A stretch of DNA of 64,000 nucleotides from the human T2T-CHM13v2.0 reference genome, Homo sapiens, in NCBI RefSeq assembly GCF_009914755.1, contig NC_060937.1; one strand, given 5' to 3'. Shown here in pieces: positions 15,501 to 27,167 of the stretch (its first letter is position 1; each line of letters begins with the position of its first letter). The notes below the pieces were generated by a model. It searched no databases, had not been told where the DNA came from, and worked only from the letters and a program-made list of their open reading frames with translations. A program made the position numbers and the translations under genes.

Positions 15501-16163
15501 AGCTCTCTCATAGATGAAATGTTCAAGGGCTCGGCTGGTCACAGCCCCCTGGCCACCCCATTGTCTCCCAGCAGCAGCAGTTCAAGTCCAAATATGAGTT
15601 GGGACAGAACTGGGTCTCAAGGCTATGTTTCGGAAAATGGACATGACCATAGAGAGGGGAGTATGGGAGAAGACACTCTCCCGGACCAGGGTCCTCCTTA
15701 TGAACGCTGGTCCCCCACCTCGCCAAGGCCATACATGCGGAATCTTCCTGGTAGATGTAATAAGTCAGAGACAGATCCACTCATCCTTAGCCAGGTAGCA
15801 TTTACCCCGGAGGCCATGGATGGGCTTGGTGGCCGTGGGAAGTGGGGGCAAGCCAGCGCAGCTGCTCCCGAGGGTAGAAGCCTGGCTAATGGCACACCCC
15901 CCATGGGTGCAGCCTCTAAGGTCCCTGCTGTGCAGTCGGTGTGTGCCAGAGGCATGGCGGGGCAGCTGGCACCCCTGCAAGTGACCGAGGGCTCCACCAG
16001 CAGTGGGACTGAGTCCAGTGAGTCAGACTCTGAGATGCTGATCCCCGGGAGTCAGCCCCTCATATTTGGTAACCCCGCAGTGCTGCGTTCCCCGTCCCTG
16101 CTGAGAAGCCGGGGGTCCTTGGGTGGCCTGCGTTTGAGTGAGGAACAGGAGGAGGATGAGTGA
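15172..16163 (+). CDS. FARP1: Putative in-frame extension of exon 13 (alternative terminal coding segment, about 330 aa)
   Basis: Hand translation from 15171 (GPASRAARGSSTSIPFIDCSDVDSEYDLLREQASRSRSRSRSRSQTND...EFLDDDSADITFD) has no stop and runs in frame into track ORF 15471..16163, ending SEEQEEDE-TGA. Confidence 0.7.
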
Positions 16164-17264
16164 GGAGGCCAGGAGCCAAGTCTTCAGCCCGAGCAACCTG
16201 GGGTCACGAGACCAGGGTTTCCCTAAAGATCATCTGTTCTAGTGACTCATTCATTTGTAGTCTACATTTGTTAGAGGAGATTTTGGACAGGCACATGTTT
16301 GAAAGGGTCTGCCTGACTTCTAAAATCGTTAAGAAAAACAAAACTTCACATAAGTGGCTTGCTTTCCAGAAAAGGTGGGCAAGATAAACAGCAAGTCCTA
16401 ATGACAAGTTCTCAGGAGCTTGTTTATTTTGCTGGTTGAAGGCTAGGAAGAAACACTTTATTATGAATCCGATCATGTGTATAGTGTGTTATATTTATAT
16501 GGCAATTTTCTGTGTATGTTCAATTATGCAGCTCACCCTCCTGTTGGTTGAGAGTTTGAACTGAAGCATCCTTGAGATTACAGAAAAAGGTTTCCCATTC
16601 TCCCCTTCTTTAAAAGGAGGGCTGCTTTGTCCATGCCTCATGAAGTGAGGAATTGGCACTATTCAAGGCCAAGTGTAAATTGATAGCTAGTTGAGATTAT
16701 GTTGGTGAAATCTTTCGTCAAGAATAATGAATATTTTAATGGGAAGAATTTGGGGTTATTTCTGCTTCCCAGGCTTCCTGTGAAATACTAGAAAAGTTGT
16801 CAAATCTTCATGAATTGTGATCTACTAGGGATTGCTGGTTTGGTTTAGGTTTGCATTGGTGGATCATATTGTTATGTTTTAAGAAGTACAATTCTGCCTC
16901 TCAGAATCTCTTGGTGAAACTGAAATCCTATTGAGTGTGGATGCAGGGAAGAGCAACACCTTGAAATAGGCACTGTTGTCACCAGTAGGTCAACAAACTA
17001 AATGCCTGCCTTTGAATTGTGTACAGCGCAGAGAAGGACTGTTTTCCAGCATGGTTGCTCTTGGTTGGTGTACAGACACAGTCTTACCATTCACACTCTG
17101 GTGAACAGTGTCCTCTGTTGGGAATAGTGATACTTGGATGTTTCTCTGAGCCAGAAAAAAGAAAATGTAAGGAGAGAGAGATTGACTTCTTTTTAAATCT
17201 TGCCCACCAGTGTCACTGCCTTTCACCCAGCATTCCTGCATTTTAGATTAAAGAGCCTGGTTTT

Positions 17265-17420
17265 CACTTGAAGTTTCTCTGCCTTAGCTGCACGTTGCAA
17301 TTTTCTGAGATATTTTAAAAATTAGTGATGCCGGGACCCTGACCCTAGGGATTTTGATCTCATTGGTCTTGAGTGCTCCTTGGGCTTCCCAGCTGTTTGT
17401 ACTGGGCAGCCAGGGTCACT
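17265..17420. mobile_element. MER5-like hAT element (old)
   Basis: ccttagctgcacgttgcaat...gatgccgggaccctgaccctagggattttgatctcattggtc...gcagccagggt. Confidence 0.5.
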
Positions 17421-18018
17421 TCTTACCCAGGCTGTCTCGAATCTAGTGGAATACAGTAAAAGTGTTAGCTAAATTTTTGGCTTGCTTGCAGAGTAAGAAA
17501 AACATCACAAACAAACTGCTTTTTCTTGATGCCTGTGATTTGTACTTTTCAGCCTTAGGTACTTTTTTTTTTGAAAAAAAAAAAAAAAAAAAAAGAAAGG
17601 ATAAATTGTAGAATAAAATTTTTAGATCCTAAGTAACTACAAAATTATTGAAAAGAGACCTAACAAGGATAGCTCCCTGATGTGCCACCATACCAGGGCC
17701 TCACTGGGCTCATCACGCGACCCGATCACAAGGGAAGCACCAGGCGTGCTTAGGACACTGAGTAGAATTTGGCAGCAGCATAGAAAATGGAGGAGGATCG
17801 GCTCGTCTCATTGACAAATGATATCTGTCCACATGAATGTCCAGAAGTCGGTTTTAAAGAGTCTGAACACTTAATCCATTTTTATACAGACTTTTTTTGT
17901 TTTGTTTTCCTAATCATTTGATTCAGTGCCTGATTGAATCAAGCTGATTGTTGGATCGTTTGAGAGTTGTTCATTGAAGTAGTCTATTTACGCCTTGCTT
18001 TGAATTTATATATTTAAC

Positions 18019-18165
18019 CAGAATCACAGAATTTTTAAACTGGAAGGGACCTCAGAGGTTCTTCTGGGCAAACCTTCATTTCTTCTGAAAAAGTTAAGTG
18101 ACTTTGCATAACTAATACAGCTATTGCATGACAAAGCTGAAACTGTAACCTCGTCTCTAGGCTTC
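18019..18165. mobile_element. MIR-like SINE (old)
   Basis: agaatcacagaatttttaaactggaagggacctcagaggt...gttaagtgactttgc. Confidence 0.55.
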
Positions 18166-20578
18166 ACTTTTTTAATCTCTGTGATATCTTGGTGCAATAG
18201 GAGCTTTTTGATTCAATATTTTAATTTTGGAGAGTCATATGAATTAATAATTCAAATCGGATGTGGAGACTAGTGATCAAGTAGACTTAGGCAATTACAG
18301 GCCATAATAGGTGGGAAGAACTACTTCTTTTTATATGGTGAGGGTTTTGCAGTTATAACACATTTTTGCATAATCTGTTCAGACATAGGAAAAATGTCAA
18401 TTTGCTATGAGTGTTCAGTGAAGTGTGAGTTAAACAGAGCCAAGTGTGGAATCCTGTGGTTTATCTGTGAAAGTGGTTTGTTCAAATGAATTTTCTTTTT
18501 CCCTCTAATTATACAGCAGTCTGGTAATGAAATACGATTGAGCACTAGGTATGAACTTACACAGCGTATGACAGGAATCGTCAAATGTAAGCATCCCAGA
18601 GCAAAACACGCTTCAATCATTATTTTGTTTTGCTTTTTCCTACAGCAGTGATTTTTATCTAAGTATTTTAAGAGCAGTTGATCAATGGCAGTATACTCAG
18701 TTGTGTATTGATGAGATTTTTCACTTTAAGAGTTGCTCATAGAGTTTTTCCCTCACTGGCTTTGTACCAGGCAAGCAACTTAATTTCTGCTTCTTGGCCA
18801 GTATTCACAAAAGCAGCAATCCTGGTGTAATTAATGGTGCTTATAGTTTGTTTAAAGGCTGTTTATCATACATCCTGATGTGCTGCGGAATAGTCACTAC
18901 TTGCCTCAAGAGGAGCTTGTCCTATGCTAATAAAGATTCCATAACATTGGCCAAAGGGTCCGTTTATACATTCTTTGAGCCTGGTGGAGCACGTTTGCTG
19001 AGGTGATGTGGTCTCCTCAGTGTCACTGTGAAGAGCTCAGTCAGGAAAAGCCAGCAGCATCTACCCTGCCACCCTCCAAACCTTCTGACTTTGGGGAGAC
19101 TCCAGTCCCCCAGGTCTTTACCCAGCCTGCAGATCTCATTCTAGCTTAACAAGGGCATGCGTGTGCATGAAGTTGAACTAAGAGTGGAGGAAGGCCAGAG
19201 GTAGGGTTGGGTGTGATACTAGGTAGCAGATATTACAGACTTCTGAATGCATTCAGATTTCCAAAGGGTTTCCTGAGACCTCTCAACCAATCTTTCTAGG
19301 ACAATAGCTAGTGTAGGGGTCTCCTGACTCAATAGGGGACCCAGGCCTTCAGATACCAGCCACTCACTGGCTGCTCTGTGACGTGCTATCTTAAGACCGT
19401 GAATGGAAGACAAGCCCTATGTAAACACAAATCTTAAAGCCACTGTTGGCTACTCCAGGGCCTCCTTGTGCTAATATCTTTTGTTGGATATTATTTCAAA
19501 ATATGTGAATTTTAGACCCTTTTGTGGTTGCCTTTGCTGCCGCTTGTTAAGGGCAAAATAAAAACGCAAGAAATTCTTTTAGCATGAAGAAATACATTTA
19601 ATGAGCTCCAGAACTCAAAATAAATGGCTTCAGCTCCTTGAACAGTCATCTGTATGCCATTGACAATATTTTATTAGATAGGCGTTTAATTAGAGGAAGT
19701 CTGTGGGCCAGATTCTTCCCTGCATGTGTGATTCATATTTGGAAATTTCTGATTTATCTCCCCCCAATTGTGCCATGTGGCCTGCACTTAAAATGTAAGT
19801 AATTCTGATTTTATTCTCAAGAACTTATTTGAAGATTCAAGCCAAGCAATGCTGAAAAAAGCTAGGCCTGCAAAACTAAAACATAGCACGAGCCTCTCAA
19901 AATTTCCACCAAATATACAAAATCCAGTCTGCTCTGAATGCGCATCAGAAACTCAACTTTGGTTATTAGCCCTGGAATTTGGTGCCAAAAACAAAAATTT
20001 GGTTTTGTTGTCAAGCAATTTCTAAAGGAAGAAACAATGTAAATATTAATCTGTCATTTTAAATGTTGTTGAAACTGCCATGAGTGTGCACACAGCTCTC
20101 TGTTTCATACCTGTAATCAGTATTCGCATGCTTTCAGTCCACTGTTTCTACTTAAAGCATTATTCCGTATTTCAGCACAGAATGACTTTGGTGAAACTGT
20201 AGCTGTTAGTGAGTAATTGCGTTACAGGCAGACCCAGTCTTAAATTAACAAATCTGGGTTCCCTTAACTATCAGGTTTATGTTGGTTTTATTTGCTTCTA
20301 TCTGGATCCCTTCTCTTTGCCTGGGACCTTATTCTGATTAGCTAGATTTTTAAGAGCTTTTAAAGTTACATTCCCCAGAAAGACTTTTTTTCTCTGGACT
20401 TTCTCTTTTATGGTCTGTAAACATTTCTCCTCTGATGGTCATGGACTTAGTTCTAAGACTGGCCTTCCTCTAGTGTGATGGTATGAGTCTATTCTATTGC
20501 TGCTAAATTTTACAAATTGAACTGCAGAAGAGTCTTTCTAGGTAATCCCTGTAACAGAGCAAGTTTCTTTGAACCCTA

Positions 20579-20705
20579 GCCATGTATGTGTAGTGTTCCA
20601 TTATTGGAACGCTAAGCATGTGGGAGTTATTTATATCTTACTGCTCACGGTCATCATCAAGGTCTGATTACAAAAATTCAAAAAATTACAACCTCAGGCA
20701 TAAAT
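20579..20705 (+). mobile_element. MER85 (piggyBac/PGBD3-derived MITE)
   Basis: About 127 bp matching the MER85 layout: ccatgtatg..tagtGTTCCATTATTGGAACgctaagcatgtgggagttatttatatc...aaaaattcaaaaaattacaacctcaggcataaat, followed by TTAA at 20706-20709. Confidence 0.88.
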
Positions 20706-21092
20706 TTAAAGAGGTGTCCATTTAAAAATAATCCGTTGCTACCATTTCCACTTAAAATGGTAGCTCTCTGATGAGTTTTATATTGGCTCTCTGTTAGCCA
20801 AGCCCGTAAGAGCATATGGAGAGAAAGGTACGATTGAATGAACTTCTGTGAGCGGCATAAAGACATTTACTCTGACAACATTAAAGAATTTACTGGTACT
20901 GTTTTTTTTCCTTATTAGTTTAATTCCATCTGTTTCTGTTTAATTGAGTGAAACTTAATAAAAATGGTGTCTCTAGTGAGCACATGTACACACCTCTCCC
21001 AGTTGTTGGGATTTAAAATGAAGCTGTGACTTTTAGGCCAAAATTAGCGTGACACTTAATATAACAGTTTTCTTTCTATTAAAAAATAATGA

Positions 21093-21095
<3 letters not shown>

Positions 21096-21132
<37 letters not shown>
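21096..21132. repeat. (CA)n microsatellite, about 18 units
   Basis: Read directly. Confidence 0.97.
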
Positions 21133-21135
<3 letters not shown>

Positions 21136-23690
21136 TGTATGATGATTTGGCCTGGAGTTGTAGACATCACAGATCAAAAGTGGCCTGGTGCTAGCTGTTT
21201 GGGTATATCCTTGAAAAGGGCAACTTTGTCATTTCCTAGAGTAACCTAGAGAGAGATTTCCAAGCATTTCCCCATGAACAGAAGTGGTAAATGCTGATTT
21301 ATTGTGCCATATGTGTGTTTGGGAGGAGGGGAGATAGCGTCTTGTTTTGAAAAAAGTTCTCACTTCATAAAATAAACTGCACACCACTCCAAAAAAAAAA
21401 AAAAAGATGAAACCTCAAGCAGGAGGAACTTTTTTATTTAACCCCTAGTGAAAGCAATTAAACGTCTTGGTAGACGCTAGGGAAGAATTAGAAAATCTTC
21501 TTTTCCTGAAAGCTTTAAACATTGAATAGACTCTGATTTATTCAGGATCATTTCGGTGTAGATTGGCCACTCGACACAGACATCACAGCATGGTAGCCTC
21601 GAAACCAAGCCTTCAGCATCTTCTCGGCGCCCGGTGTTGGAGTGTTACTTGGAGTGGAGGCAGTGCATTTGCATCTTCATGTAGTCTCCAGATCAGGTTA
21701 CTCTGATTTGTCTTGGAGTGGCTTTCTGTTTGAAAGTAGGGAAGATTAAAAATCAACTTGCCACGGGATATCTGATCTCCATGAGTAGTTGAAAGCCAGT
21801 CTAAAAGGTTAACTCTACAGGGCAGGCGCCGCCAGTGCGGTCATGGAAAATCGTGCTGTGAGATACTGGAGTGTGCTGCTGGGGCCAGGTGCAGCAATTG
21901 CAGAATGTTGAGGAGTGAGGAGTAGTTAGAAATCACTGCAACATGGAAAAGCACACAGACCAAGGACGCTAAGGAGGGAGCGAGGACTACCGGGCAGGTG
22001 TGCGTGTGTGGAGTAAAATGCATCGGACAGTGATTGACTCCACTTTTGAGTGAGATGTGGAGGCGGTAGTGGTGTGGGGGTTGTGAGGGAGTGAGTCTGC
22101 TTTATTATGAATCAGGATTGATAGCTGGCCTTAAAGTGGGAAATGATAGAAGGGTCACTTAGGAGCCTGCAGTGGCATGGTGACCAGTCTGTTATTACTC
22201 ATAGATGACCTTTTCTGGCTCTTGAAACCAAGCTAACAACTCCTTTTTCTTCTGGGCCTCAAAGTTTCTTTGTAGGAAGTAAAGCATTTGTCACTTTCCC
22301 TGCAGTGATTTATTGAAAGACTGAAGATAGGTCTTCCTTAGTTAAGGACGCACACTGGCTGCTCGCTCCAGAAGCACCAAGAATGGCTGATGGATAAATC
22401 CCTTACCCATACTCCTGTTTCTGCCTCCTAAGGTTGCTGTGAAAACCTAACTAACCAAACCTCACCAGCTTGGCCTATATTATTAATCAAATTCCCTTCT
22501 GTTCTCTCTGTGTATATTTAATACTGTAGATAATATGTTTTATTTAAAATTTCTAATACACCAAATTAATTTGAAATAGAAAAGGCTGGGGACTTCATTC
22601 TCATTTTTGTCATTTGTTTAATCAGTTTGGGAAAACATTTTCCGTTGTTCCATTGTATGCAGTGTCTTGTCAGCATGTACCTATCTAGGAGAAAACGCTT
22701 TGTTTTCAGCGTTCTGTCTTTACCCTCAAAGCATGGTGTAGCTTCTGTTCTTACACTGTTGGAGCACTGTCTGATGTCTTTTTTTTTTTTTTTTAACACT
22801 GCTGAATACCAATTTGTACTTGGAATACCTCTTTCCTCTAGAATACAGTGATCCTATTCCCCAAAGTGGAAGCTTTCATGTGGAAGCATCCTAAGTGATC
22901 GTCCTGGGTGGTGCCATATTTCACTAAAGTGGGAAAAGAAGAGGTGAACTTTGCTCTTCCAACAAGGCTTGCACTTTATACTTTGGGCAGTGCATGGGAG
23001 AAGGGGGGCCCTTGGAGGTGAGCAGGATCACTGTAGCTAGAGGAGAGGTCTCACTGAAACAGAACGCATCTGTGACTGTAGCTTGCATGGAGAGCCTAGA
23101 CAGCCAACCATGGATTTGCCTTTATGTTTTGAATGGAAACATCTATTTCAATTGGGATAGAAACCTTTACCTATGTCATATCTGTAAGAGAATTTAGCTT
23201 ATAGATATGTAGATACGTGTGTGTGTTGCTGGGTGGGGAAGTGGGTGGGAATGTAGAGAAGGCCTCACCTGACTTGGTCCCAGTTGGCTTCTGATGGCCA
23301 AGGAGCTGTTTTTCATTTTGGTGGGCACCCAACATGTAGGTTCTCACAGATGCTGTCTGGTTTCTTCTTCTCTCCATGGCGGAAGAATGAAGTACGTCAA
23401 TAAAGCATGGACTCATACCACTGGGAAGAATGCTGGCTTCTCCAGTAACAATGAGCTTAGTGGTTCTTTGAGCATGGAAGGCCAAGCTCATGTCACAGTG
23501 TATGCACGGTATTAATATATCTCTTGTTGATCTAAACTGAAGGGGCTTTTACTTGTCCTAACAGGTATCATGCTGTAAAAACTGTCCATTGTAACTGTTC
23601 TTTCCCACTGATGGCTGAAGCTTTGTCCTGAGTACAAGATGGTATTTTTCATTGGTACGAAGCACCATGTTCCCAACCCAAACACTGCCT

Positions 23691-23767
23691 CCACCACCAC
23701 CACCACCACCATCACCACCACCACTACCACTGCTACTACCACCATCACCACCACCATCACCACCACC
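23691..23767. repeat. Imperfect (CAC)n trinucleotide repeat, about 26 units
   Basis: ccaccaccac...accatcacc...ccactaccac, read directly. Confidence 0.95.
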
Positions 23768-24782
23768 GTGTTCAAACAAAGCAGCATTCTCCTGTGTCTT
23801 TTCCTCATAAGTAAGAACAAGGTAGCACATTCATTTTTCCATTAGTGCATTTCAATTCTTTTCCTGCAAGTTGCATTGCTATTGCTTTTCTGAATTGCTT
23901 GATGATGAACTGTGAAGCTGTTGCTTAGCTGCTTGTGAAACTTTTCTTAAAGGAACTGGGTCTAAGAAGCACACATACATTACCCTCAACAACCTCAGGT
24001 ATCAAGAAGAGGACCACACTGCTAACATGGGTAATCCTATAACCTGGCTTTTCTTGTGGAACTTTGTAATTTCTATAAAATACCGCCAGCTTTGCGTATT
24101 CCACTGAGCCCCAACTTAGATATCAGACGCTAGTGAGTCCTGCCTATTCAGGAAGCTACGTATTATTCAGCATAATACTGCCCTTTTTTTTGATAACTGG
24201 CTTTCAAATGGGATAATCTCAAGAGAGGTTTCATTGTATCCTCTTAGAGCGTATGGATTTAAATAGAGCCTTTCAAAAAAATAGATGAAAACCTACATCT
24301 CTAATATATTTCCTACTTGGGCCTTTTGAGCATATTCTGGGCACATAGAGAGAAAATCTCCTATGTTTTAGAACAGAATAAAAGAAGACAAATTATGGTA
24401 GATAAGTGGCACCCAGAAGATTGCAAAATAAATAATTTTATGTGGGGGAATATTGAAGAAAAAGCATAGAAACTTTTTTATAATTGCACTTTAAAATTTT
24501 GGAAAAGAAAAATTGAGAATGCAATCAGTAGTCTCATTTTTGTCAGTATTCTGTCAGATATTAGCTATTCAATAAGCATATCTTGGATTACTATTTTTTT
24601 AGTTGTCAGTTTTTCTAGTTTCCCCCTTTATAGGAAAAAATAATACCTATGTGGTTAAAAACTGAGACCCATTTAAAAAACAGGACAGGTACAGTTAAGT
24701 ACTAGAAATGCCGTTTTTATCACTTGAAAAATAGATTAGAAATGTTTTTCTTTTCCCAGAATTGTGTGAGTTTGTTTTGAAG

Positions 24783-25057
24783 CCTTGAATACCGGTACAT
24801 GGTTAACAGGCAGCTTGTGCCCAATCCCAAAGCGGGAAGAAAGGCCTGGCTTTGGCTCACTGATGATAAAGTCTCCTCCCACTGCCTTTCAGCAGCTCTG
24901 CCGAAGAGCTGATCAAGATGCTGCAAACCCAGCTTCCCCAGACCGGCCAAGAGGGAAGAATGATGAGCGTGTTTTAAATTACAAAGAGAGAGCAGCGCAG
25001 GCAGTTTCTGGTCTGGGTGATAAATTGAAATCCATAAATATAGCAGTGCTAATTTGA
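24783..25057 (+). CDS. Candidate second alternative terminal exon in intron 13 (about 91 aa)
   Basis: gtttgttttgaAG|CC at 24781-24782 gives a phase-1 join G|CC to exon 13, in frame with track ORF 24785..25057 ending KSINIAVLI-TGA. Confidence 0.3.
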
Positions 25058-27167
25058 AGTTCCGTAATTGTTTGTGCCATGAGAATGTGTACGTTTGAAA
25101 GGATTTTATAAAGCAATTACTAGAAATGCCTCCCTTGAGAGCTGTATGACTGGAGGTGTTTTCAGTCTGAGGGGGGCAGCATAAACCCAAACCTCTTCTA
25201 GATGAATGGCAGGGTGGCGGGAGGGGTCATGAAATCATGGGGAAGAGGTGAAGGATTTGAGAGCTACTAACCTGACATCTACCTGAATGCCTAAGAAATT
25301 GCAGGGCAATTTCAGGAAATAGGAAAAATAATTTTGAAAACATTCAAAGCCTCCAGACTTTCGGTGTGTGACTGATCTTTTTTCTAATCTCTTTAAACTT
25401 CTTTCCACCTATTGCCTTAATAGCAGGTGCTTCCTCTTAGGGTCCCCCCAAATTATTTACCTCGAGTTCCCTAATGAAATTACTTTGCATTAATTTGTCA
25501 TAAAGGGAGAAGTGCTAGAAATACCGAGGCATTGATAATTTCATGGAGTAGCAATGAATGTCAGTCACAGTTTCCTCTCCCCGTTGCCCGGGGCTGTGCC
25601 TTCAAAGCAGGTGACAGACTGCAAGGTGTAAACAAGCTTTATAATGCCATATAAATCAAACCGGGCTCATTTTACCTAACAACAGAACCATGTTTGTTTG
25701 CTTTTTTGTAAAATGGACTACTTCAGTGAAAAATTGATTCCACGTAGTTCTAATAACTCTGTGACCTTGGACATTGGCTTTTTATAGACACAGCTCTTCC
25801 CACCTGCTGGTATGGACACCAGTTTGTACAGACTGTTGTCACACACCCTGGCTCAAAGTCAAAAGAGAATTTTAATTACTCATCAAGCTGCCAAATTCTA
25901 CTAATTGCCCCCTTGTCAGCATATTTCATTAATTGCTGAAAGGTAAATGAGTTACATATTTTGTTTGGACCACGTCACCTGTACATTTTCAAAGCCTCGG
26001 ATTGTTTATCTTGCAAGGAGAGAAGGGGCCTCTTCTCCACAGATGCAGCTCAAATTAGCAAAACTGAACTGTAGAGTTTCAGGCCTTTCCCTTCCTTAAA
26101 ATGCTGATAGATTTCTAGACCAGACTTTGATATTTATTGGCTTCTTGGTCTTGCTGTTTAAACACACCCATTGCCCTTTCTTTCTTAGGCCCTGTAAGCA
26201 AAGCTGGAGTAGCGTCTTGGGAAAAGGCCAACTGACCACCCTAATTTTGTCGTTCCAAGTCTGCAGAGCGCACATATTAAGTAGTTGTTAACTGACATCT
26301 TTAGGCTCCGTGAGTGAAATGCAGCAAGCCTGCCCCCAGCAGCCTGTGGGCTAATCCTGAGCTGTTCCTTCGTTTAGGTACACAGGTGACCCTGAAGTTC
26401 CCACTCGGCCCTCTGTTTTCTGAGTCCTGTCTCCTCTGTAGCACAGTGGGGATTGTTCTGAACCGTGGCACGCCTTCTTGGCGAGGCAGGCTCTCTTATG
26501 GAACCATAGTCTGTTACCTCATTTCTTCCAACTGCTCTGTCCCCTAAATGTGTGTTCCCAGGTGCAGTGCAGCAAGGGTGCTCGCTGTTGGCCTTTGAGA
26601 GTGGAGGTGGCTGTATCGGAGTGTGCTCACCCTACTTTTTCCCTTGCCCCGAGTGGCAGTTCTTTTCCTCTCTGTTGCCGGATGCTGTCTAGGGCCTGTT
26701 AGTTGCTATTTCCTTGCCTCCGCTCCCCTTCCCACTAGCCTTCTAACTACCTTTTATTCTCGGCTCCAACTCTTTCAATGATGAGGTGAATGCTTTTTCT
26801 GTTCCACGTCACTGCAAAGTCAAGGTGTCCAGCATGCTCTCACTTATAACTGCCTCACCCGATCTCACGCACAGTGCGAGAGCTGAAGGTAAGCCCCGGA
26901 TGTTGCCAGATTACGGTGGACAAATAAAAAACAACTCTCCAACAGCAACTCACAAATGCATGAAATGTTTTAACCTCTAGACAGACTGCCAGAATTTCTC
27001 TCTTCTAATTCCTACTTGTAGTGATAACATTTTTCTTTTTGTGATTTTTTTTTTTAAATAATAGTGTAGTACCTTGAAACAACTGCAGTTCTAACTCATT
27101 GTCACCATTTCTGTTTGACACGTTCCACTTCCTTTGCAATTATTGTATTTAGTTGTGCACTAGTGTC

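Noticed and set aside
20579-20705. Possible snoRNA or miRNA hairpin
   Set aside because: Fully explained as the MER85 transposon palindrome
23512-23845. Poly-Val, poly-Gly and poly-Thr ORFs
   Set aside because: Artefacts of the CAC trinucleotide repeat
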